This document shows, piece by piece, positions 51,170 through 64,000 of a stretch of DNA of 64,000 nucleotides. The notes below the pieces were generated by a model, which searched no databases, was not told where the DNA came from, and saw nothing but the letters and a program-made list of their open reading frames with translations. Position 1 is the first letter of the stretch. The number at the start of each line of letters is the position of its first letter. The stretch spans positions 1 to 64,000 of the forward strand of contig ADNK01000583.1 of assembly GCA_000320545.1 (NCBI GenBank), in the 5' to 3' direction. The position numbers and the translations under genes were made by a program. This DNA comes from Bigelowiella natans CCMP2755. Taxonomy: Eukaryota; Protista; Cercozoa.

Positions 51170-51712
51170 GAGATTTTCAGAACTAAGTCAAATGCCACAA
51201 ATATTACCATTTTTTATGAGCGACAGGTGTATTTAGGTTGTCTTATCTGATGAATGCATATACTTGCCTACTTTTACCATTCTCAGCGTTCTCTGGTTGA
51301 GAGTGCCGCTCGACTCCCTACGGCAGGAAAAACAAGTTAATTTTTCGCGTAGAATTTGCTCAAGGTCGATTATCAGGAGTTTCGGATTCTCACAGACAAC
51401 TTCCCTCTAGAATATCACAAGTCTTACCTCACACGGCGTCGATATCCCCTTGTTTTTGGTACTTTATTATTGAGCCTTCTCGGTTAAAACTTTGGAATAT
51501 TAATACTTCGGCTGCTTCTGAAAAAGGACCGGGCTCGTCTCAGCGAGCCTTCGAGGTTTCGGTCGGAGCAATGGCCGAAAATATTGCAAATATATACTAT
51601 GCGACATCAATTATTGAATGTCGTACTACATAAATAGTGCCTTATCTGCGAAAATAGACTGTAATTTGCTCTGACGGGCTCCTTGCGCCATTCACCACCC
51701 CCCTTTCCCCTG
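51170..51712. promoter_or_regulatory. Probable bidirectional promoter between plastid L4 and L13 genes
   Basis: 543 bp separate the divergent start codons. The call is inferred from position only. Confidence 0.55.
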
Positions 51713-53182
51713 ATGCACGACTACATCGAGATCCAACCGGCTCCGGCCTCGGGACACAGAAGACGGCAAACTCTGGGGTTTGTGGCAGTTATTGCGACCG
51801 TTGCGATTGGTTGCTTCGCATACGGCCTTAGTACCGGAGAGAAGGGTCTCCTCGAGCTCTCCCCGTCCAGAGCCGCAACAAAAATGTCGGTAGTGAATAT
51901 GCTTCCATCAACCATGGGAATTGATCGGACTTTGAAATGCAATTCCGCCAAGAACTTTTTGAGAAAGACAACGAAAACGCTGGAGAAAGTGGATATGCCT
52001 GCAGACATTGTACCTACCATTTTATCATCATCATCTTCGTGATTTTCTTTTGCGTTTTGTTTTTGGAATTGAACTCAAGGAGAAGGGGAACTCTAGATGC
52101 AGCAATTTCTATTACCATCTTTGATTTAGAAATATTCGTGTGTTGCGCTACTATCATGTGCGATTTTCGCATTGTCGATGTTGATGCACCTGTATATGAT
52201 CTATGCAGCAATATTCACGAGAGGGATTCATATCAAAAATTAAAAAAACTATCCGAATACATGCATGCAACAACAGAAACTATGGCGCATAAAGATTTGT
52301 ATTTTGTTGAATGATTTTGATGAGAGTAAAAGGCGCAGTTATCCTTGTAGGATTAGAGTTTAATATACGACAAACCCGATGTTCTCCCTATCTTAGGAAA
52401 TTGTTGGCCCTGATCCTCTCCAGAGAAAATCTTACTACCCGAAGCTAGCTGATACTAAGGTTAATTTTTTGGGTTAGTCATAATGAGGGGGTACGCAGGA
52501 ATCTTATTCTTTGTATGGATGCAGGCCTCGAAGGAAACCTGGATCGTTCTCGATGCTCAGGATCAGATTCTTGGACGTCTCGCTTCATTAGCAGCTACAC
52601 TTGTGATGGGAAAATGGCACCCTCTATATCACCCAGCAATGAATATGGGAGCACACGTCGTAATTATCAACGCGGATAAGGTACGCGTTACAGGCCGAAA
52701 GTACACTGATAAACTGTACAAGCGCCATGTAACTGGACGCCCGGGCTCGATGAAATCCGAGGCTTTCCGTGATCTCCAAGCAAGGTTTTTTTGTGATTTA
52801 CCTAGATACAAGTAACCGTTTTCAATGAGATGTGTGTTAATCAGAATCCCTGAACGTATCGTTGAAGTCGCTATCAAAGGAATGCTTCCAAAAACTCGCC
52901 TCGTAATTTAATTCGCTTCCAATTCATATATGGGCTTCCAATCAAAACTAATCCCTATCTACAACACAGGGACGCGAGCAATTCAAGCAACTGCACATCT
53001 ATGCTGGAGATGAGAACCCTCACACATCCCAAAAGCCTGTCGACTTAACGTGAGAGAATTTTTTACCTGCTTAACCGGAAATTTTGGTCTTCATCTCATT
53101 CCTTTGATATCCTCTCAGGTATAAGATTAGCAAAGGCCAGAGAGAAAGCTTCATGCAAGATAGGGAACTGGTTAAAGAATAG
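51713..53182 (+). CDS. rpl13: Plastid 50S ribosomal protein L13 (uL13c) with bipartite targeting leader, about 6 exons
   Basis: Leader MHDYIE...RRRQTLGFVAVIATVAIGCFAYGL. Mature region WIVLDAQDQILGRLAS...GAHVVIINADKVRVTGRK...HVTGRPGSMK, IPERIVEVAIKGMLPKTRL|GREQFKQLHIYAGDENPHTSQKP. Confidence 0.96.
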
Positions 53183-53369
53183 ATACTAAACTTGTCTAGA
53201 GGTACGGTTGGCAAGCCAATACCTTGTAGTTGCTGCGTTGTGGTCACGTGACTTTGATGTAAATAAAGTACATTTGCATTTGAATTGTGTATTCTTTTCG
53301 TTGGTACTTGAAGAGGCTTAACATTGTAATATATGTAGCGTGCATAGAAGTAATAGACTAAAGGCAGAT

Positions 53370-54900
53370 ATATTACGTATTGCAAGACATACATGCTAAA
53401 AAACATCGCGCTGGTTTTCTAGCACATCTAGCAGACATGTGTGTGGACACGCACGCGTAATAACCCGCTGCAGCGCATGAGACGGATGCAATGAATTGAT
53501 CAAACTTTTTCAATGAAGGCCTTTCCAATGCAAGCTGTGCAATGCAGCGGCGCATGTCAGCGTGCATGCTTGCGCACAGTATGGTGGTGTCCATGCAGTC
53601 AACATCATCATTCATCTAGTAGCATTGTGTCGAGTCGCACATCCCAACAACTATGTGTGCAGGCAGGCTAGCAGGCCAGCTAGCCAGCAAACGTCAGCTC
53701 TAGCAGAGCTTGCCATGCATGAGACGGATGCAATTGATGAAATGAATGTTCAATTTTTTTCAATGATGGTCATCCCAATGCAGCCATGCTAGCGCGCAAA
53801 GCAGCGGCTACGTGCAGCGCTTGAATTGTGTCCATTTGTTTCCATTGTCACACGTTGTTGCATGCACGAGAAAGCATTATTGCAATTTGGACATGGCTTG
53901 CTGTGCACAAATGATGGCATCTACTAGGCATGTCTAGATGTCGGTTCTGCGGTGTGCAACGCTGTGATCTCAGCTTGTTTTCCCATCTCCTTTGCTTCAG
54001 AGAGTTAGCTTGAAATCATGCTCACAGACAGGGCACACAGCACACAGCAGGTTGAAACGACGATGACGACGAAGCTTCCCATTGTCAAGAATTTTGTTGG
54101 TTGTCAAGTCGTCAGGTCCAAAGCCGTGAAGCATCGATCGGACCAGTCTAGCAGTCTGGCAGTGCCAGAGTGGCATCGAATCGATGAGAGTCGTCGTTGT
54201 CAAGTTCGAGATGGAGAAGCAATCAATCTGGGGCTCACTGCAGCAAGCTAGCAAGGTCATCAAGACTTTGGATTGCACACCAGAAAGCCTTGCAAATTGC
54301 ACATTGTCACCAGGTCAGTGGACGACACCTGCTAGCCTGCCAGCCTGTCTTGGTCCCCAATGCAAGAATGAGTTTCTCAGTGGAATTTATGACTTCAAAA
54401 ATCCCCGAGGTGACCACTGAGTCTCCGGGAGAGGCGGGTGGCGAGAAAGAAAACGGTGCACTTTGTTCGATTCCAGAACCTGAGCCTGGTTTGGAGCGTC
54501 GCTTTGCAGAACAGCAGCACGTCCAGGTGCACGGGAGCGTCATGTCCCAAGTTGCGCCAGCACGCTAGCACATGCCAACAACTTGAGAGAGACGCCTTGC
54601 CTGTCTTGCCAGGCATCCAAGCAGCGTTCACAGTGGAGGTGAGGTTGCCGTCCAATGTCCGCGGGGCTCCAGAGACTTTTCACACATCACTGCGCCTCCG
54701 CGTCACATGTTCACTTGTTCAGAACCGACAGGTCAAGGAGAAATCAACTAAAATGATGAAAAACCATCTCTTGAAATGAGTCAAGTCGCACCCTGTTTTC
54801 CACATGCTTTTTGGCAATGAGACTTGTTTACCACTGCGACATTGCGAGCGAATTGGAAATGCGTCACCACCCTGCCAAATTTCAAAATTTTGAAAGTTGA
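53370..54900. other. TpA-depleted intergenic island 8 (possible mutated gene or TE relic)
   Basis: Three TpA in 420 nt (54301-54720), two of them in CTAG. Several overlapping Tyr-free ORFs occur on both strands. Confidence 0.85.
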
Positions 54901-54956
54901 GAGTGGGGGTGGGAGCAGCGCTTCGAGATTGGGGAATAGAACGAGGAACGCCAGGG

Positions 54957-56229
54957 ATGACAGGAAGGTTATTTTCCGTCGACACTCTCTTCAGGACGTG
55001 GACTCTTTTCCTCGTGGTCTGTTTGAGGATTATACCCCGAACAACCGCAGTCCAAACACAGACTCAGGCCAAAGTACAAGTCGAAATGCAAGCACAAGCC
55101 AACGCGACTTTCCACGGCACCATGAACTCTCTCATGGTAGATTTGCTAAATTGAGAATCTTTAGTTACCAATAATAAGCTGTGTCTTGGTCCTTTGCTCA
55201 TTTGTCCTCCATTGTGGTAAGATGGGGAATGAAAACCCAGCTTCTCCTGTGTCCTCGACGATGACAAAGCTCATGACACCTGCGCGCCGTCTTCCTATCC
55301 ATGCCTACGAATGTCCAGTCTCGATAAGGGTTCTAGTCTAATCTCTAAATAGCGAGCTTCGGAATTTATGGTAAACTGTGAAGTAATCATTACTGTGGAA
55401 TGATTGATGTTAAAGACTCAGGAAGCTGTAAGGTTCATGAGAACAGAGCGATCTGCACTTCTTTCTTCACTTCGTGTCACAGTTTCCGAATACGATGGTC
55501 TGAGGTATTATGCTAGTGCAATGCAAAGATATGAAATTAATAGATGAAAGTAAATAAATAATATGTAAGAACACATGATAACTACGAACATGTTAAAGTT
55601 TTTCATCTTTTGTCGAACGACTGAGTTGTGAAAAACGATTATCAGGCATATGGTGGAAGCAAAGACTGCAGAATTAAACGCACATATCGTGGCTCTAAAC
55701 AATGTAGACCGAATTCAACAAAAAAATAGTACAATGCATGAAATAGATTCACAGATTTTTTCATGTGGCAATTTTGTCCAAATTAAAGTTATTTGTTCAT
55801 CGCTCTCTTTCCGTTGCAATAGCTAAAAGCCAACCTGGGGGATATGCACAAACAAGTGCAGTCAAAAAAGTATCGTGTGAGGGAGCTTGAGCATAAGGTC
55901 GGTATCTCCTCTTCTCGACACTTTTTTTGAACACACGAAAGGAAATGGCTTGGAATTCAATTGTGCCTGCTGCCGAATATTTCTAGGAGCACCTCGCAAA
56001 GCTCTCTGATGTGATGACGTGCCTGGAAAAGAACAAGAAGGAGATAGAGACTGACCAGGCAAGCCGCAACAAGCTTCTTACAGATTTGAAAAAACAAAAA
56101 GAAGACCTGACTTCCCAACTCAAGCAAATAGCCAGCAGTGTGGAGCAGCTTTCTACTGCATCCGCAACAGGACAACCCGATCAACAACAAGGTGAAGGAG
56201 GCGAAGGGTCTGAGAGCAAAGATAACTAG
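54957..56229 (+). CDS. Unknown coiled-coil protein, possibly with signal peptide, multi-exon
   Basis: Phase-compatible exons give RASEFM|EAVRFMRTERSALLSSLRVTVSEYDGLR|HMVEAKTAELNAHIVALNN and EHLAKLSDVMTCLEKNKKEIETDQASRNKLLTDLKKQKEDLTSQLKQIASSVEQL...KDN*. The 5' exons are tentative. Confidence 0.6.
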
Positions 56230-56239
56230 TATGTAATGT

Positions 56240-56900
56240 TGATTTTTAGCGGCTCAAAGGTTCAAAGTCTGGTGTCAACATGCCTGAATTATCACATCTA
56301 CATCCGATTATGTGGAAGACGTGGTCATCTGATGCTGTGGAAGTGCGCACAATGTAGACCAAGCCTGTGGAAGCCATGATGACACGCGCAGCATGCAAGT
56401 GTCGCCGTGCAACGCATTCACAATGGACAACGTAATGTTGCACGCACATGCATGAAGTTTTGTGACAACAACTAGACAGCACAATGATTCAATTTGGTTC
56501 ATGATTCGAATTGAAGTCATGCCTGGGCATGTCCCTAGAGAATCGTGCGTTTCAACATCGCGCACAGTGCACATTGCCAATTGTTTTGCTAGTTTGTGTC
56601 TTTGGGGACAAGATGCGTGGGATGCGCGTTCGCGATGACATTGTTATTTGCCCACATGTCGGTCTAGCGATTTCCTAGCATGGCATGGTAGCATGCAGCA
56701 TCACGAATTTAAAGCATCGACCTACTTCAAAATTGGAGCCAGGAAGCATGTTGACTCGCTATCTACGCGTGCCATTCGTTATGCAGCGGCGAACAATAAA
56801 CATATATTTTGTTGTCCTAAAAATGAAATTTGGGTGATATGTGTGGCTTCAATAGTTGCGCATATTTGACTGGCGAAGAACGCACAGATCTGCTAACAAA
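56240..56900. other. TpG/CpA-rich intergenic island 9
   Basis: TpA-poor and rich in CATG/TGCA/CTAG, between convergent 3' ends. Confidence 0.7.
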
Positions 56901-57160
56901 ATGTATATGCAGTAGGAACTTGGCGCCTCCAACTGCAAATTGCTACTTGTAGAACATCGTGGATTTTCGTAGTGAATCCGTGAGATTCGCTAGTTTTGTA
57001 CCATGCCTACAATTCTGACTGAACTTCTTATTTCTGGCATTGTCTTCACAAATATGGACAAGCCAGTTCCCATCACCTTCCCTAATCAACAATGCATTTT
57101 GGTAACCTTCCTGTGCATGTCAAAGTTGATGCACAACCTTCGATAATGCCCATATGCAAC

Positions 57161-60100
57161 TCATTTGGCATTAGCATTTGGACGGGGGAATTCATATCTC
57201 AGCCATTCTTCGTAAGTGCTATTTTTCTGTTTATGAAAGATAGGTTCTGCTCGCTCGATCACTTCTTTCTGCAAGGCCAACATTTAAATGGGAATAAGCA
57301 CAAATCTCATCACAAATACTTATGAATTGCATCGACTACGAATAGATTGTGATAATTCCCGTACATTTCCAGATTTTCTCCCTTGTGATTTGATTTCCCC
57401 CTCATAATTCTGGATGTGTGATCCTGGTGGTATGGCCTTGAATCAACCGAACTTGCCATAGAGACACACAACCACACACGTACATGCATGCACTGCATGC
57501 ACACACACGCAGAAACACACACACTCACGCGCGCGCGTGCACACACACACACACACACACATCTCTCATTAGTCTATATCCCGTGTCCTGTGAGTGCCCA
57601 AGAAAGGCGTGTATCACAACTACACAACTGCCTTTGTCATGTAAATGATGTGTACGTGGGAATAGTACTCAGTTTCTCCTTTGCGTCGTTAGCATTCTAA
57701 TCGTGGAAATCTTGTTAGTCAACGAAACTTCAAATATGAACTAGAAGTAAAACCTGAAGCTTGAAGTAAATCATGTTCCAATATATAATGAAGACAAAGT
57801 ATGCGAAATACTCTCGATACTGATCAAGTTGAAAAGGTTTCTCATTATAGTTAATGTGTGATATTGTACAAATGTGTAAGTGAGTAACCTTGTCTTCACT
57901 TCCTTCAATCCAAGAGTATCCTTTTTCGATCCATTTGTTGACAGCTTCCCTCGGAACTCTCATTTCCTTTTATTCACACAAATTTATCAGATAATCTGAT
58001 CAAGCTAAAACGACGATTCCGTACAACCCGTGAAACACTCAGCATCCTCAAGATGCATAAACCTTTAGTTCCACCTTAATTTAGAAGAAAATGAAAGTGA
58101 GGCTAATAGTGTAAGACAACTCGACAGAATACCTTCGCTTATTTCAGCTAATTTTTTATAACAGTCGATCTTCAACTGAAATGGATCAACTTCGCTGATG
58201 AGTACGCATTGATCAATTTTAGAAGAACTTTTAGTCCTTAAGAATAGTTCAAATGATTGAGTTCACGCTGTCTTAATTTGCTCAGTCATCTCTTCATTAT
58301 TCCATTTTCAAGTATGCATATATTATATATATTCTTCTCCTTTTTTTTCATTTGCATGCTAATGGTACGACCATTCCGTTGCAGCCGCTACCCATTCCCT
58401 TAACCGTTTCCATGCTTTCTTGGAAATTTCTTTGGCTTCCTGGAATAGAGGTTTGAATAAGTAATCGTCATGAACTGCTTCTGCTCACTAAGTTGCACTT
58501 CAAAGACTTGTTATCAATAATATCCGCACCTTCCTAGAATCCTCACTGTAAGGTTTGGTATTTTTGATTTCCCTCTAACGTGTAGAAGGGTAAAAGAACA
58601 TGCATCATATTTTTAAGGTTTGTGAGTAAGAATTGAAGTCTAGTACTGAAATATGATCAAACTTAAGGTTCGAACCAATTTCCCGAAGTATTTGCTTACA
58701 TCTGTAAGGAAATCTTGTGTTAATTTATCGTATTTGCCGGATTTGGCCTCCACGGGGGATTCTGGCTCCACGAAAAAAGGATCTTGTGGTGATATAGGCA
58801 TCACAAGGCTCTGAAAAATTGCGTGTTGATGAATATTCAAGAGTAAATCTGCAACATCTCCAATGCATACGTGCAACGTATATTACTTGCTTGATGTTGG
58901 CCAAATATAATCCTGTCAATTTGCACATAAGATACATGAACAGATCCTCATTGTGATGAAATTTCATTGTGTAACTGTTTGAATTTTCACCTTCGATGAG
59001 ATTTCCTTCAATTATTTTCTGTTTTTCTCCTTCGTTGTTTGTATCGCGACCCTTGTCATTTCGTTCATTTTTACGGTCTAACACATCCATAGTGCACATA
59101 TAACCGCTGTAACACAATCTTTCTAGAGACAAAAGCACCCTTTGCCATTGAAGATCCCAGTGTTGACCCATGGGCTCCACATCCTGACTCTTTCCTGTTG
59201 GATTCAGGCAGTTGTGGCTTGTACATGCTTGTTTTTTTCTCCTAGGGAGCACAGTCGGTTGGAATATCAACAGGACAAAATGACGTCCTCACCATAGGAA
59301 TAGACGAACAATGGCTGAAATACGAACACAGTCTACCGTTTGTTGTTTGTTTTGAGGTGATGCTATCTCAAGGATCTGCGTTCCTCTCGTTTTTAACTCC
59401 ATACGCGACTTGTACATTACCAATGTTGTTCTACCCTGAAATGCGGTTCGTCGGATGACAACTCTCAGTCAAATATCATCTAACCCAAACAGAATTGACA
59501 AAGCATATTCGAAAACCGTGTTTCCCAGTTGCTTTTCATCTAAAATAGATCGAGGATTGAAACACTGGATGAGTACATTATGAATTAAGAAGTAGAAAAA
59601 AGGTACCGTCGATTGTGAGATATTTCTATCCGCGAACTTGTTCATATACTCTACATAGAACTTGCACTTAGTATTGGTAATATCAATCGAAAACCAAAAT
59701 CATACTTCTTGAAGAGATCATCGTTTGCCTTCTGAAACTGCGCTGTACCTTGGTACAATTTCTCAACGGAACTTGCGAGACTATTCGAAAATACAACTCA
59801 CATCAACGGGAACTGCGGCATAACAAGTGTAACATTACTGAGAAAGATGAGATTTTTTTAGATATTTCATTCCGAGGCTCTATGGATACACATTAGAAAC
59901 TGTCAGGTGTTGTCCATGTCACAAAACGAAAAGAAATTACATAATTGAGTGTGATTCCAGCCCTTCCACACAGATAATAAGAAGCTACGAACTTAATTTT
60001 CAGAAATAGAGCATAAGCAGGATTTTCGAATAAAAATTACCCAATCTCCAAGCTGAGTGACGGTGGCCATTGTCCGCAGCTGCGATAAATAATACCTTAA

Positions 60101-63100
60101 AAAAAACACGTTTGTGGAGGACATTCCTTCATGAAGGACCTTTCTGCAGGATTCCTGCCATTTTTTTGCGGATGCTCGCTTCTGGATCCAAACCATTCAC
60201 TCTGGCAACCTTAAAACAACCAGAATCATCATGTTTTCTATTTCCTGTTAATTAGAAATTAGAAACAAATATTCCAAACCCTCAACATCTCCGTCGCCCA
60301 GTTATATCTAAGAATATTCGAGCCCAACTTGTCACCGAGTTCTAACATTCAACGTAATTAGTGAGCGACACGGACACGAACTTTATCTATCCTACAAGTG
60401 ACACACCAAAATATCTTTGAGCGAGTGTTGGATTAAACCCGTCGGCATAAAGCATGCCTTAAAGGAATTGAAATTCAATGAGAAGGCTTTTGCAGAGAAT
60501 ATAATACGAAAATATCAGTATAATTGCAAATCTTTAGATCTTTAGATGATAAGTTAACCAAGATGCTCGATTATGAATCTCCTACGAAACAAATGCATCC
60601 TGTAAGATATTAATACTATAATCTTGTTGTATGAACCATTTTGAATCCTTGATGTTTTCTTTTAGTCCTTGCCCATTCTTTTCTGTATAAGCCCAAAAAG
60701 TAGATTGCGCAATTTTATTTTGGATGCAAGCACCGAAATGCGGCATTATTACCATCAGGCTGTGTAGTATCAAGCTCTTGGTTGCCATCTTCATCTAAAG
60801 GAGGCGCTGAAGGCAGCACACCTGAATATTAGCGATACACTTACATTCATACTTTATTCACAATATGAACGTAGGAAAACCTGCACCTTGATACTGTTCC
60901 AGCCTAATTTGTTGCTCTATTGCAATAGACTCGGCCTTGTGAAGAAATGCCGCTTGCTAATAGATTGTTGATTTGTAATCGAAAACGAATGCTATTATAG
61001 TGCTTATTCTGACCTGTAGTAGCAAGTTCACGTTAGGGTCTGATTCAATCAATTGCGTGATGGCGCTCTTCCGGTCATGGGCACCCTTATCGCCACATTT
61101 TTTCTCTATCCGAATCATGTCCTGATGAAATTTAACGAAGTGAAATGATTTGAACAAAAACTAAAGCTAAAATCTCTATGAGATTTTAACTATTACTCTT
61201 TTATTCTTGAAAATGCTCTGACTATTGAGGATGGCCGGAAACACCTTTGAAGAAAATTTACAATATTTCCAAGTCCCCATTATCTTGAATGAATCATACA
61301 TATTTTTGCCATTGTGTTTCGAAGAAGAGGTCGCCATCTTCCTTAACTTTCTCCGGGCTAGAATGGGTAGAATTAGTCTCATTAAAATCGAGCTGAGATT
61401 AATTGGCTCACAAAGATTCTTTAAGCGCTTCTTTTATTTTCTTCCACGAGTCAGCCTACGTATGAGAAACATTTTAATGATTGTTCTCGACATGACTCTT
61501 GATTCCCCTATAAATATTAATGTTTTCTCTTTCCGGACCTTTCCTGTTTTTCCCTCACGTAGCAGAAATCGAGGAGAAATAGGAGAATAGGAACCATGAC
61601 CCTTATACCTAAGACATAAGGAAGAAGTTACGGTCTACATGTTCGATACACCTAGGAAAGAGGCACTTAGGTAAAGCTTCTGAATTGGACGCGGTCGCCT
61701 GGAAAATGATCTAATGAGCACCAAAATGGTTAACATAGTAAATCAGCCCCAAATACAACGCAATCTTCATCGACAGGAACTTTGTACAGATTGTTTGGGA
61801 CCTCCCCACACAATCCACATTACCATACGGACAAATAGACCGCACAAACTCGCGCACCCATACGCTCATAATTGGGTACATGGATCGTATCGGCAATTAG
61901 TCACCTTTGTGTCGTACAAAAACTTTGCTATTTTGAACCGTTCATATACGATATCCAACCTTATTGAAACAAGTTACGATTAGGTAGGGTAGAAAATAGA
62001 GCATAATTGCGTCGAACCTTTTGACTAACGATTTTACTTTAGGGAATTGACTATAAGCAAATGCAATTTGATTTGCCCAATACAAAGTATTCTTGGACTG
62101 AGAAATACATTCGTCTGTCATTGTTGTAATCAAACCAACTCTATACTAAAAACGTGGTTGTGTGGTGCATGTTTGGGGAAAATATCACTTCGGGTGAGTA
62201 ACCTCTTCTAACTTAAGTTCTAAGCCTCTTGCCTTGGACTCAACCCTCAGGTTCACACTTGCAGCACCTCTCGAACCAGATCCCGATTTGAATCCGCTCT
62301 TATCGGCATAAAGAAAGAATTCCATTCGGTCCCACATATTCGCACCGTATTGAAGTCTGTATTGTTTTTCTTGTTGAATACATAAGATTTACAAGATACA
62401 CCGCATCGAACTTACATTGCGCGAGGATCCACTTCATCGAATTCAAAAATGGCATCTCGAAGTTTTTCCTGAAAAAAAACGTGCATTCAAACAACTTCAA
62501 CTTGCAACGACTGGTCAACACGAACCTCGGCCCTTGTCCAATCAATATCAGAGATAATTTTTTGGTAGGCCTAATAACAATCGTCATGAATATTAATGTT
62601 CTTTTCCTGCTAAGTAACATACATCCAACCTCACAGAACTTCTTATTTGTTCCAAATAATTCTCTTGTTAGGAGGGGACTTTTACTTTTTTCTAAGACGC
62701 ATAGTCAATAAATTAAGAAGCGAATAGAATTATTCCACACTTGATTTACCCGCCTCTTCCCGAATCTTTCGCTTTTCTTCAATGAGCTCCACTTTCCAGA
62801 ATAACGTCATCGCCGCCTCCAGGTGAAAAAATATTATCATTATTGTGTTGCTGTTCGTTGATTCTTACAAGACAAACTGACATCATAAGCTTGTACGCTC
62901 GACTGTGGCTGTGGATTTTCTTTCTCTTCACTGAAGTCATATAACAATGTTTATATTATAACAATTTTATGCTGATAATAGCATAAATACAGAGTAGCTT
63001 CGATGGTACGTGCCAAGCTCTCTCTGTTTATCTTTGAAATACAACCAAATGGATCAATTAGACCTCACCACAAATTCGTTGTGCAAGTCTCGACATTACC

Positions 63101-64000
63101 TTTTCCAATCGATCCTTAAGCATTTTCTTGTCGACACTTAGTTTGAAAATTAATCCTTCTAGAATAGCTTTCTGAGCTCCTTGAGTCCTTCAAGATTAGG
63201 TAGTTTCAAGGAAAAGAGTATGATGAAAGTTGTAATTTTTCACCTATTTTTTTCTCGTTTCATATTATCGACGATTCGTTTAACTTCCTTTAGTTCCCTA
63301 AAGGTCAAGATATGCCGCAGTCGATTATGTATGCACAAACATAATTACTTAATACGTTACTTTTCTACGTCTTCTTTCTGGTTTTTTTCCCAGACGGTGG
63401 CTTCAGTTTCATACTGTTTAAGTTTCTCGAGAAGATCAACATCTAGTGGTAAAAAAATGACCAAACCCTTCATGATCCATATTTCTCAATCTCTAAATCA
63501 TGTACCTTGCCTGAACCAGTGGTTCGCTTCGTCAAAATGAAACTAAAAAAATTGCAATAATTTCTTCATGTAGTTACATCAAATTTGAAAGCAAGATTCT
63601 CACCAAGCCATCTGTAGTCACAGAGTCTACATCGTTACAAGAGTCCAAGTAGTACTGTAGATTAATATCAAATCCCAAAGTATTAAAAATATATTATTGG
63701 TTATGTTTGTCAGAAAAACAATGACGCTTAGAAATTTGCCAACCAAAATCTTGACATATCTTCCTTTCAAATGACTCCTCTCCGACAGATCATTCCGTCG
63801 CCGATCACTCTGTTCACACAGCCCAGAAAGATCAGGCTATGACATCTTCTGATATTGAAATAAGTACATCAGGAGCTTCTCTGTCTGTAGCATTACGACC
63901 ATGCTTCGTGTCCATCAATCCTTTATTTTCCTGTCACATTAGACATTAGACTCGATATTTCGCATTAAAGTTCTTCTGGATTTTTAATTTTAACTACCAC
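57161..64000 (-). CDS. Large multi-exon gene of unknown function, 5' end beyond the window, with coiled-coil segments and many short introns
   Basis: Regular AG/GT-bounded exons include DVDLLEKLKQYETEATVWEKNQKED, RELKEVKRIVDNMKREKNR, AILEGLIFKLSVDKKMLKDRLEK and DVADLLLNIHQHAIFQSLVMP. The last exon reads KEVIERAEP...RPNANAK*. No family recognised, and this could be more than one gene. Confidence 0.6.

Noticed and set aside
46820-51525. TTCTGAAAA upstream of RPS16, L4 and L13 as a ribosomal-protein promoter motif
   Set aside because: It is a short AT-rich 9-mer at very different distances from the starts, and it also occurs elsewhere (about 59997). Chance cannot be excluded.
51530-51582. Two small hairpins in the L4/L13 intergenic region as an ncRNA
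   Set aside because: The stems are only 6-8 bp and there are no family motifs.

Overview
This is eukaryotic nuclear DNA, rich in microsatellites and GT-AG introns. It is most likely a chlorarachniophyte: plastid uL4c and uL13c are nuclear-encoded with signal-peptide plus transit-peptide leaders, as expected for a secondary green plastid. Splicing by hand gives about 17 protein genes, one tRNA-Leu(TAA) and a probable intronic box C/D snoRNA. The genes are a chloramphenicol-phosphotransferase-like kinase, a secreted ShKT-like protein, a bicupin, a CE4 deacetylase, a Cys-rich multipass receptor-like protein, a KEA4-6/TMCO3 antiporter, PEX11, two HemK-type methyltransferases, a RING-H2 protein, RPS16, NDUFB3, plastid L4 and L13, and three unknowns. 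The most striking feature is the layout. Seven consecutive head-to-head gene pairs are separated, mostly at convergent 3' ends, by 0.5-1.8 kb islands of distinct composition. Island cores are almost free of TpA, the surviving TpA lies largely in CTAG, and TpG/CpA is enriched. Two copies of a repeat shared between islands differ by TA versus CA, which suggests a targeted RIP-like hypermutation running opposite to RIP. Exon boundaries were inferred by eye and are approximate, and no database searches were run.
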